Made by a program: the position numbers and the translations under genes
Part shown: piece after piece, positions 24,101 through 34,900 of the stretch
Layout of the letters: every line of letters starts with the position of its first letter
Numbering within the stretch: the first letter of the stretch is position 1
The notes under the pieces: model-generated
What the model saw: only the letters and a program-made list of their open reading frames with translations
What the model was told of the DNA's origin: nothing
Database searches by the model: none
Source: Sminthopsis crassicaudata
Taxonomy: Eukaryota
NCBI RefSeq assembly: GCF_048593235.1
Contig: NC_133617.1
Location: forward strand, 743,174,958-743,238,957
Length of the DNA: 64,000 bases
Reading direction: 5' to 3'

Positions 24101-25978
24101 CCGTGGTTTTTAACTACCACGTGTGAAGCACTTGCAAACTTAACTGCATAGAACTGCTGAGTATTATTATTAGAATTATTCAGTTGTAATTCCCTTAAAA
24201 CAGGGATCTGCCCAGGGCCGGAACGAGCCCTATCACAGATGGGTGATGTTCCAGGTAACGATCCCCACACGACGGGGAGCAGCCAGGAAGGCCCGGCCCC
24301 CACCCCCGGCGTGCTGTCTGAGCTCGGGTTACATCAGTCCCACAGGGTGGCCCCCAGGGAGCCCCAGGGGAGAGCTGCAAACTTAAAGCCCTGCCAATGG
24401 CTCCCTCTGCCCCTTTAAAGGCGTGCTTCACTTGGGGGGTCCCGTGGGCCCCAACGCCCCCCCCGGGCAGGGGATGCTCGGGCCCCCTTCGGTTCTTGCT
24501 GCTCTCCTCAGAAACCGAGGCTCTGGCCACTTTCCCGGCCAGACCGGTTAAAGAGCGGGTCCCTCCTGTCTCCACCATCAGCCCATCTGCTTCTTCCACA
24601 GGGTCTCTCGCACTCTGAGTGGGTGGGAGCTTCTCTGCCCCAGCTTCTTGGGGAGACGAACCAAGCGCCCCCCCCCAGGGGCCGCCGAGCCTCCGGGTCA
24701 CAAGGCCCTCAGTTCTCCCGTCCAACATCTCCTGACAAGCATCCTGCCCGGCCAGCCCCAGGCGCGGGTCACAGGAAGCCAGCTGACATGGGGGGCGCCG
24801 GGGCCTCTCCCCCAGCAGCCGAAAACCCTGGAAAGCCCCAGGAAGGAAGAGCAGAAAAAGCCGCCCGCGGTGGGGGGGAAGAAGCAGACGGGGCGAGGGC
24901 CGTTCAGATGCTTTGGCAGCCCTGGGAGCTCGTGCCCGGCTGCACCCTCCCAGCAGGAGAGTCGCGGGCTCAGAGAAGGGCGAGGCGGCTGCTGCAAGGC
25001 TCCCAGCTCCCAAGATCCCCGGATTTCTGGCCCCCAACCCCTGGCCCTGAGGTCCTTCCTAGTGACTCCCAGGGAGTTGGGCAGGAGCTCTCCAAGGTAC
25101 GGTCACCCTGGGGACCACCAGGAGCTGCTGAGCATCTTTAAGGTTCTTAAAGGGAAGTCCAAGAGGGCTGTAGATGGGGAGCGGGAAAGAACCTTAGAGG
25201 CGCCTGAATCCACTGCCCTCTTGTCACAGAGAAGGAAACTGAGGCAGGGGATCTGAACTCCCCTCCCCACCCCAGCGCTCCTCCTGCTCCCTGAGAAAAG
25301 GAGGCTGAAGGCACACGTTGAAACAATTATTTGTGTGGAGGGGGCAATCAAGGCTAAGGGATTTAGCCCGGGCCACACGGGTCAAGTACCTGGGGCCAGA
25401 TTATAACCCGGCCCTCCCGAGTCCGAGGTCGGTGCTCTAGCCACTGCACCACCTGGCTGCCCCAAACCAAATGGTTCTTCTTCCTCCCCCCACACTGGAC
25501 GAGCTCGTGCCGAGCACCCCCTCCCACCACCAAGCACAGTACATGGCTGGGCCGAGCTGGGAGTTCCGGCTCCTGCCTCTCCCCCGGGCTCTCTGGGGGC
25601 CTGGGGCCCATCCTGGCTCTAGGGCTCGACCCCTGGACTAAAAAAGGGGAGTCAGCGGGGAGGGCCTCCGGCCCCTGCCACCCTCCGCTCACCCCAGGAC
25701 CCCTGCCCTGCCCTTCTGGGCGCCCGACTAATTACGGCCCTGGGACTGACCTCGGGCCCAGAAGAATACAGGCCCTGTGGATGCTCCCGTGCAAGAAACG
25801 GCTCCTGGAACCAAACCCAGCCCCCCCGGGACAAAGGACCACAGAAAGCATGAGGGCGAGTGTCCCCAAGACCAAGTCAAGTTTGGGAAGTGGAGGCCGG
25901 GACCAGAGCCTGGGGAAAGGAGACCAGGACCGGGAGCCTGGGAAGCGGAGGCTCCGGAGGCCACGCAGCGCCCCTTAC

Positions 25979-26102
25979 CTTCATAGCATGGGATCAGGGT
26001 TCGCCCTCTGGCCTGCAGGTTGGCCGGGATGATGTAGCAGAAGCCGTGGGGGAGGATGTGATCTGTCTCATAGTAGATGTTCTTCCAGCGATGGGCGCAG
26101 GC
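25979..26102 (-). CDS. ITGA9: ITGA9 exon 4: ACAHRWKNIYYETDHILPHGFCYIIPANLQARGRTLIPCYE(E)
   Basis: Acceptor cccccacag|GCC and donor AAG|GTAAGG. 124 nt; carries the integrin-alpha ACAHRW motif. Confidence 0.97.
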
Positions 26103-29100
26103 CTGTGGGGGGACAGTGACAGAGAGCTTCAGAGCAGCCACCCCCGAGCCAGGGCCCCCTGGGCAGCGGGCACCCTGTGGTGGGGGGCCCCAGGGGGGGT
26201 GTCATGGTTGGAGGCAATGAGAGGCAGAGGGGCCTGCCAGGCTCCCCCACACACACAGGCCCCCATGAACTCAATAGGTCACCAGACTCCCTCCAGTGGG
26301 CACTGCCAGGACCCCAGAGATACCGAAGGGGGAGGTCTCGAGCGCTAACTAACCCAGCTTCTCCTTCCAGAACCAGCCGGTCGTGGCCACAAGACATGGC
26401 CGGAAGCAGCAGGTCCACAGTCAGCCATGCGAGCCCCCCCCATCTGGGGGCTCCTGAAGTCCCAGACCATTTGACCACGCGCTGCACTGGGCTTAGTGTT
26501 CCCCAGGTCCCGCCACACCCGGCCCGGCTCTCTGTCCAAGACCTCGCCGTTCCCCACGCCGTGACCGACGGACGAGAGAGACGTGGCGCCGCGCGGAACA
26601 CCGGACAATCCCGTGATCCAAGCATCAGGGACCGCTCCCTGACACGAGCCGGGGAAGCGGAGCCGGCGAGCACAGTCAGGAAGCCCCAGGCCTCGGTCTC
26701 CCCACCCTCGAGGGTCCTCCCCCACCCCGGCCCCTTGTGCCGCGTGATGATTCCTGCATCTGGGCTCTGGTCCGCATGGTGCCCGGTTGGGCTGCTCCGA
26801 TGCCCCGGGCAAGGGGTTAAGTCTGCGAAGCTGTGACCACCTCCGTGCTCCGACACCAGCAAGAGGTCAGGGCTTTGATGACAAGGGAAGACCGGGGGTC
26901 AGGGGTCAGTGAAAGAGTTTTGTGTTTTCTCAAAAACGATGCAGCCTTTGCTCTTCCTCCTTGTCCATTCCAAGTCCTGCTCACACGTGAAGGGCGAGCT
27001 GGTAAATGTTTAACAGCCAGCCTGGGGGGAGGGGGGAGGTGCAGCAGACTGAAGTTAAATCTGAATCGTGAGCATTTTCTCCATCACGCTCTGGAGGCCG
27101 ATCGATAGAACAATAAAGCAAGACCCGCTTTGTGGCATTTGTCAGTTCCAAAGGGGGAGCGCTCCCCCGAAAATGGCCGGGTCCAACCGGCTGCCGCCTG
27201 GTCCTGGGAACGAGGCACCCCAGAGGAGAGTCAGTGACAGGAGGGGCTGCACGGCGGCAGAGAGCGGGCCGGTCACGTGGGATCGGAGGGGGTGCCAGGG
27301 CGGGAAGGAAGGAAGGAGGGCTGCCGCACGTGGGGAGGGCCCTCTGAGCTGATGGGAGGGCACGTAAGTAAGTCCCAGCCCAGGCGGGCGTGCGGCTCAA
27401 TCTGAAACGGGGGGGACCGCCCGAAAGCCTGAGTCTGAGTACTTGGAGGTGTTTGTTCTGTAGCAAGAATAGCTCACGTTTATATAATACTTTAAGGTTT
27501 ACACAATGCTGTACACACGACATATATTAAATCATGTATATAGATTTAAAATCTCACACATATGTGTACATATGTTCAAGTTTTGCCTATGTAAAAACTT
27601 TACAAGAGAAATCTCCTTTTCACGGATAAGGAAACTGGGTCCGAAAGGTTGCGTGCCGCGTCCGGGGTCCCAGACCCTGAGCTCTGACCTCGGACCTGAG
27701 TTCTGACCTTCCCGACCCTAACCACTGGCCGCCAGATTCCTCCTTCTCCACGTGCTTTTTCTCTCTCCTGGCAAGCGCGCCCCTGGGGGCAGAGACTTCC
27801 AGCCTGCCTCGGTGTCCCCGGCACAGGACAGACATTGGTCCCAGCTGGGATTAAAGCGAGGAAGCCGGCCCGGGGCCGCCTTCTCCCAGGATCTCCTTCT
27901 TCGTCCTCAGCCGCCGACATTCACGTAGTTGCTTTTACGGGCTTTGCCGTCCCGTGTTGTGAACGGCTTCCTTCCTCCTATTCTGACAGTTTGGTGCCAA
28001 AATAGCCGCTTATCAACGAGCCAAAAACTCCCTGAAGATGGATGGGAACTGCAAAAAGGCGTCACCGGACCAACGGCCGCTCCTGGCCTCGGAGCAAAGG
28101 CGCACAGCCTCGATCTGGTCCCAGCTTGGGGCCTTCTGGGACCACGATGCGCTCTTCAATAAATCAGACGCTGAGTTTGGGGGCACGGAGACCTCGCACC
28201 CAGACCCTCCGCCACCGTCTCCGCGCTGTCGCTGGACCAAGGACGCTGCTGACGGCGTTCTGAGACTCCGGGAAGGAACCCCCTCGATCACTCTTTTTTT
28301 AGGCAAGAGCGTGCTCCCCCCACTGCGGTGTTGGGCACTGGGCGGCACAGTGGCCGGGCTCAGACACGGCCCTGGGCAACTTAACCTGCTGCCTCAGTCT
28401 CCTCCTCTGTAAAACGAGCTGCAGAAAGGAAGGTCAACACTGCAGAATCTTTGCCCACAAAACCCAAATGGGGTCAAGAAGAGTTGGGCATGATTGAAAA
28501 ACGACTCAATAATATAACAATAAGAAGTGTTCAGATTTTTACACTTCGAGCACCAGGAACGATCTGTTCCAGAAAGGACAGACCGAGCTGAGGAAGTGGC
28601 CAAGATTTCCAGTCCCAGTCCTAATGCTGAGGTGACCTTCGGCCCCTGCCCCAAGGTCAGCAGCTGGAGTCAGAGGAAGGACCACAAAAATACCGGTTCT
28701 TAAATACTTCCGATGGAAAGAAGAGCTAGACTGTCCTTCCCCGAGAAAAGACGAGTTTCTCAGTGTCCGTCTTCACGCTCCCCGACCTTTTTCTGGGCGT
28801 TGCTACCCCTCCCCTCCCGCAAAAAAATAACATCCTAGGACGGCTCTTCTAGCACTAATTGCTCCATTAATCTTTCCAAGGAGCCCCTTGGGTGGAAAAG
28901 GAGGCCCAGGGAAGGCTCACAGGAAGGACATCCGCCTTCCCCGGACCGGCGGCCGCCTTGGCCAAGCCCTGAAGACAGGAGGCCGCAGGAAGGAACGAGA
29001 GGGAGTTACCGACCAGAGAGCCAGCGCCGGTCCAGTTTCCAGGCCCGGACGAGCCTCTGCTTGGAGCTGACAAGAGGAGAGAGACAAGGAGTCTCTCCTG

Positions 29101-29893
29101 GCAACCCTCCCCTGCTCTTTCAGAACCAAGGGAATCATCTCTAGTGACCCGGAACCTCCCAGCTCCATTCCTGCTACCACGGGGGCGGCCCCGTCCTAGG
29201 TGCGGGAGTGGGGCGGGCGTCGTCCTTGGCTGTTTACTCTCCTTTGGCCCCCTGGGAGTCTCCCCACAGGAAGCCGGACCAACACCAGCCTATCAGTGCC
29301 TGGAACCCTAGCATTCAGCGGATCAAGCATTTAGTAAACACCTACTGTGTGCCAGCAGGTGCTGGAGAGGCACAAGGAAGTGACCTCTCCCCTCCAGCAC
29401 GGGCTTGGAGATGCCCCTCTCTGGCCACTGCCCCCTTGTTTGGGGTCCTCCCCATCAGCTGGAGCCTCCTGGAGGGCGGGCACGAACTGGCTCCCCCCCG
29501 GAGCCTCAGCGCTTAGCCAGGTGCCCCTGCCCAGTAATGGAGCTAACGGCGCAGGCAAGCCCCTACCCCCAGGGGCCCCCATGGGCGCTGGCAAATACCG
29601 CCATGATCCTGCTGCTCCCCGGCCAGTGAGCCCCAAGCGCCCAGCGGCAGCGGTAACGCAACGGCGGCATTCACGTGGCCCTTCCCACGGTCATTCACTT
29701 CGGGCCCCGAGAACCCGGGGTGGTCACAAGGGTCCTGATCCCCATCTTGGAGCCGAGAGTGATGGCTCAGGGGCAGGATCCGCCCCACACCCCCTCCCAG
29801 CGAGCAGCCCGCACTGAGTGGGGCAGCCCCACCCAAAGCCCTCGGCCCTTCGGAGGGCACCGGCGCCCCCACGTCGGGGAGGGGGAGGCTCAC

Positions 29894-30000
29894 CAGCACT
29901 TGGCCGTCGGCTTTGGGCTGCCTGGCCAGGCTGACCCCCATCCACTCGTCATCCCGGTCTTCTTTGCACGTCTTTCCACAGGACGTGCCGCGGCCCTTTC
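29894..30000 (-). CDS. ITGA9: ITGA9 exon 3: (G)KGRGTSCGKTCKEDRDDEWMGVSLARQPKADGQVL
   Basis: Acceptor tttcttttccag|GA and donor CTG|GTGAGC. 107 nt, in frame with exons 2 and 4. Confidence 0.97.
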
Positions 30001-30263
30001 CTGGAAAAGAAACAGAGAACAGGCGCTCAGGGGCGCGGCTCCTCCGATTCGGGGGCTTTCAGCCTTTTTCTCTATGGATAAAAGTGCCATTGTTGCTCCT
30101 CACTAAAAACAATAATAATAATAATAATAAATAAAACTCCATCCCAGAAAAGAGAGACAGTGAAAGTGCAAACAGGCCTCAGAGAGGAGGCCGGGACAGA
30201 ACGCCGGGGTAGAGGCCGCCTCCACTCCAGCCTCCGCCGCCCTCCCAGAGGAGGCCGACCCAC

Positions 30264-30391
30264 CTCGGACCATGTCCAGCTCCGTGCACCTGCGGTCGGG
30301 GTTGGTGTGGACTCTGCATTTGAACACCGCTCCGGGGGACTTGACCGACGCGCTGTACTTTGACTCCGCCTTCGGAGCGCCAACGAGGACC
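30264..30391 (-). CDS. ITGA9: ITGA9 exon 2: (W)VLVGAPKAESKYSASVKSPGAVFKCRVHTNPDRRCTELDMVR(G)
   Basis: Acceptor ctcgttcag|G and donor G|GTGGGT. 128 nt; its phase joins exon 1 (TG+G = Trp). Contains the FG-GAP 'VGAP' motif and an alpha-9-like sequence. Confidence 0.97.
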
Positions 30392-31377
30392 CTGAACGAG
30401 GGAGAGGAAAGGCATGAGCCCGGAGGGCGAGGGGGCTCGGCTCCTGAGGCAGCAGATGCGGGTGGGGACCCTGGAGCCCAGAACAAGGCCAGGGCGGGTC
30501 TGAGCTCGGGCCCTCCGGTTCTAACACACCCAGGCTGCTCTCAAACCCTCGTTCCAGATCCTCAAAGCCCCTCTGGCCTAACCCCTCCTCTTAAAGTTGA
30601 GGACCCTGAGACAGAGGTTGGAGAGGGAACGTGGTTTTGCTGGAGGCCCCTCGGCCAGAATCAAAGGGCGAGGACCCCGACCCGCCTCCTCCTCACCGTG
30701 CTCCCCACCCCCACAATGTCCCCTCCAGTCGCCCCAGCCCTCGTTGGGGGGAAGTGGCCGAGACGAAGCAGCTGGGTCTCATTAGGGTGACTAGCAGGGA
30801 TGGAATGATGCTCACCAGGGGAAGGAGAAGGAACAACAAACTCAGCGCCCCCCCAAACCCAAAGCCCCTTGGACACGCAGGGATGGGGGGGAAGGGACCG
30901 TGTGGAGAGGGGGAGCCCAGCCGGGGATGAGGGAAGGCAACGGGGCCTTGGCCCAGCTCCCGACCAGAGCAACAGGCCCGACGGGGACGGCTTCCTGCAG
31001 CGTCCGGCCCAGGAACTGTGGCCAAGAAGTGGGGGGCCCGCAACTTGGCAGGCTTTTGTCCTGGGCCCTGACGGACCCGAAGGGTGACCCCTCCTTCTTC
31101 TCTGGGAGCACTTGGGCAGGAGCCGCACTGCTTTGGGAGCATCTTCCAGCACCCCCCGGGCTCCCTCAACCCAGCTCAGGAAGCACCTACCACGCACCGG
31201 CCTCCAAGGCAAGGACCACCGCCAGCCTTTACAGGGAGAAGGGGCGATGTGCAGCCAGGGAAGAGCAACGGGAGGAGCACAAACAACCAGGAAGAAAGTC
31301 CCACTGTGTGCATTTGACTGAGGCGTTGAAGGGAGTGTGGGATCCCAAGAAGCCAAGGTCAAAAAGAAGGGGTTTTA

Positions 31378-31527
31378 GGGGCAGCTAGGTGGCGCAGTGG
31401 AGAGAGCACCAGCCCTGAATTCTGGAGGACCCGAGTTCAAATCTGATCTCAGACACTCAACACTTCCTAGCTGTGAGACCCGGGGCAAGTCACTTAACCC
31501 CAGCCTCAGGGAAAAAAAAAAAAAAAA
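31378..31527 (+). mobile_element. tRNA-derived SINE, WSINE1-like, with poly(A) tail
   Basis: Begins GGGGCAGCTAGGTGGCGCAGTGG (A box), has a GAGTTCAAATC B box and a core-SINE segment, and ends in an A16 tail. Degenerate TSD AAAAGAAGGGGTTTTA / AAAAAAAGGTGTTCTG. Confidence 0.8.
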
Positions 31528-31724
31528 GGTGTTCTGGGCATGGGGGACAGTCCGTGCAGGGGTGCTTAGGTGGAAGACAGAGAGTGTTGTACACCTAGAG
31601 CAGCAAGGGAGCCGGCAGATTGAGTCTATAGTTGGGGAGGAGCTGCCCTTGGCACATTAAGCTTTAATGCTGTTTCGCCCCTTGATTCTTTCCGTATGTA
31701 ACTTGTAAATGAGTATACGTATAC

Positions 31725-31783
31725 ACACGTGTGCGTGAGTGTGTGTGTGTGTGCGTGTGTGTGCGTGTGTGTGTGTGTGTGTA
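31725..31783. repeat. (TG)n/(TGCG) alternating purine-pyrimidine microsatellite
   Basis: Read directly; about 150 bp from the big VNTR. Confidence 0.95.
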
Positions 31784-31924
31784 CATATACACGGGGTAGA
31801 CTGTTACCGATCTAAAAAGCTGCACACTGAGCACCTATGGTGATAATATCGTGGCTTTTGTCCAAAAAATAGCCAACCACTAACCGGTCAAAGCTCCTCA
31901 GAGCAGCTGAGTTACTGTCCTGGA

Positions 31925-34900
31925 GCAGCGGCTAAGTTACCCTCCCAGGGCAGGAGCTCAGTTACCCTCCCGGAGCAGGAGCTCAGCTCAGTTACCCTCC
32001 TGGAGCAGGAGCTCAGCTCAGTTACCCTCCCGGAGCAGGGGCTCATCTCAGTTACCCTCCCGGAGCAGGAGCTCAGCTCAGTTACCCTCCCGGAGCAGGA
32101 GCTCAGTTACCCTCCCGGAGCAGGAGCTCAGTTACCCTCCCGGAGCAGGAGCTCAGCTCAGTTACCCTCCCGGAGCAGGAGCTCAGTTACCCTCCCGGAG
32201 CAGGAGCTCAGCTCAGTTACCCTCCCGGAGCAGGGGCTCAGCTCAGTTACCCTCCCGGAGCAGGGGCTCAGTTACCCTCCCGGAGCAGGAGCTCAGCTCA
32301 GTTACCCTCCTGGAGCAGGGGCTCAGTTACCCTCCCGGAGCAGGAGCTCAGCTCAGTTACCCTCCTGGAGCAGGGGCTCAGTTACCCTCCTGGAGCAGGA
32401 GCTCAGCTCAGTTACCCTCCCGGAGCAGGAGCTCAGTTACCCTCCCGGAGCAGGAGCTCAGTTACCCTCCCGGAGCAGGAGCTCAGCTCAGTTACCCTCC
32501 CGGAGCAGGGGCTCAGCTCAGTTACCCTCCCGGAGCAGGAGCTCAGTTACCCTCCCGGAGCAGGAGCTCAGCTCAGTTACCCTCCCGGAGCAGGAGCTCA
32601 GTTACCCTCCCGGAGCAGGAGCTCAGTTACCCTCCCGGAGCAGGAGCTCAGCTCAGTTACCCTCCCGGAGCAGGGGCTCAGCTCAGTTACTCTCCCGGAG
32701 CAGGAGCTCAGTTACCCTCCCGGAGCAGGAGCTCAGCTCAGTTACCCTCCCGGAGCAGGGGCTCAGCTCAGTTACCCTCCCGGAGCAGGGGCTCAGTTAC
32801 CCTCCCGGAGCAGGAGCTCAGTTACCCTCCCGGAGCAGGAGCTCAGTTACCCTCCCGGAGCAGGAGCTCAGTTACCCTCCCGGAGCAGGAGCTCAGCTCA
32901 GTCACCCTCCCGGAGCAGGGGCTCAGCTCAGTCACCCTCCCGGAGCAGGGGCTCAGCTCAGTCACCCTCCCGGAGCAGGGGCTCAGCTCAGTCACCCTCC
33001 CGGAGCAGGGGCTCAGCTCAGTCACCCTCCCGGAGCAGGGGCTCAGCTCAGTCACCCTCCCGGAGCAGGGGCTCAGCTCAGTCACCCTCCCGGAGCAGGA
33101 GCTCAGCTCAGTTACCCTCCCGGAGCAGGGGCTCAGCTCAGTTACTCTCCCGGAGCAGGAGCTCAGTTACCCTCCCGGAGCAGGAGCTCAGCTCAGTTAC
33201 CCTCCCGGAGCAGGGGCTCAGCTCAGTTACCCTCCCGGAGCAGGGGCTCAGTTACCCTCCCGGAGCAGGAGCTCAGTTACCCTCCCGGAGCAGGAGCTCA
33301 GTTACCCTCCCGGAGCAGGAGCTCAGTTACCCTCCCGGAGCAGGAGCTCAGCTCAGTCACCCTCCCGGAGCAGGGGCTCAGCTCAGTCACCCTCCCGGAG
33401 CAGGGGCTCAGCTCAGTCACCCTCCCGGAGCAGGGGCTCAGCTCAGTCACCCTCCCGGAGCAGGGGCTCAGCTCAGTCACCCTCCCGGAGCAGGGGCTCA
33501 GCTCAGTCACCCTCCCGGAGCAGGGGCTCAGCTCAGTTACCCTCCCGGAGCAGGGGCTCAGCTCAGTTACCCTCCCGGAGCAGGAGCTCAGTTACCCTCC
33601 CAGAGCAGGAGCTCAGTTACCCTCCCAGAGCAGGAGCTCAGCTCAGTTACCCTCCCGGAGCAGGAGCTCAGCTCAGTTACCCTCCCGGAGCAGGAGCTCA
33701 GCTCAGTTACCCTCCCGGAGCAGGGGCTCATCTCAGTTACCCTCCCGGAGCAGGAGCTCAGCTCAGTTACCCTCCCGGAGCAGGAGCTCAGTTACCCTCC
33801 CGGAGCAGGAGCTCAGTTACCCTCCCGGAGCAGGAGCTCAGCTCAGTTACCCTCCCGGAGCAGGGGCTCAGCTCAGTTACCCTCCCGGAGCAGGGGCTCA
33901 GCTCAGTTACCCTCCCGGAGCAGGAGCTCAGCTCAGTTACCCTCCCGGAGCAGGAGCTCAGCTCAGTTACTCTCCCGGAGCAGGGGCTCAGCTCAGTTAC
34001 CCTCCCGGAGCAGGGGCTCAGCTCAGTTACCCTCCCAGAACAGGGGCTCAGTTACCCTCCTGGAGCAGGAGCTCAGCTCAGTTACCCTCCTGGAGCAGGA
34101 GCTCAGCTCAGTTACCCTCCCAGAACAGGGGCTCAGTTACCCTCCTGGAGCAGGAGCTCAGCTCAGTTACCCTCCCGGAGCAGAAGCTCAGCTCAGTTAC
34201 CCTCCCGGAGCAGGAGCTCAGCTCAGTTACCCTCCTGGAGCAGGAGCTCAGTTACCCTCCCGGAGCAGGAGCTCAGCTCAGTTACCCTCCCGAGCAGGAG
34301 CTCAGTTACCCTCCCGGAGCAGAGGCTCAGCTCAGTTACCCTCCCGGAGCAGGAGTTCAGCTCAGTTACCCTCCCGGAGCAGGAGCTCAGCTCAGTTACC
34401 CTCCTGGAGCAGGAGCTCAGCTCAGTTACCCTCCCAGAACAGGGGCTCAGTTACCCTCCTGGAGCAGGAGCTCAGCTCAGTTACCCTCCCGGAGCAGAAG
34501 CTCAGCTCAGTTACCCTCCCGGAGCAGGAGCTCAGCTCAGTTACCCTCCTGGAGCAGGAGCTCAGTTACCCTCCCGGAGCAGGAGCTCAGCTCAGTTACC
34601 CTCCCGAGCAGGAGCTCAGTTACCCTCCCGGAGCAGAGGCTCAGCTCAGTTACCCTCCCGGAGCAGGAGTTCAGCTCAGTTACCCTCCCGGAGCAGGAGC
34701 TCAGTTACCCTCCTGGAGCAGGAGCTCATCTCAGTTACCCTCCTGGAGCAGGAGCTCATCTCAGTTACCCTCCCGGAACAGGGGCTCAGTTACCCTCCTG
34801 GAGCAGGAGCTCATCTCAGTTACCCTCCCGGAACAGGGGCTCAGTTACCCTCCTGGAGCAGGAGCTCAGCTCAGTTACCCTCCCGGAGCAGGAGCTCAGC

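Noticed and set aside
27929-28412. CpG-rich block with 74-124 aa ORFs as a possible retrocopy
   Set aside because: No recognisable protein, poly(A) tail or TSD.
31378-31527. tRNA gene
   Set aside because: The A and B boxes belong to a tRNA-derived SINE with a core segment and poly(A) tail; there is no cloverleaf or terminator.
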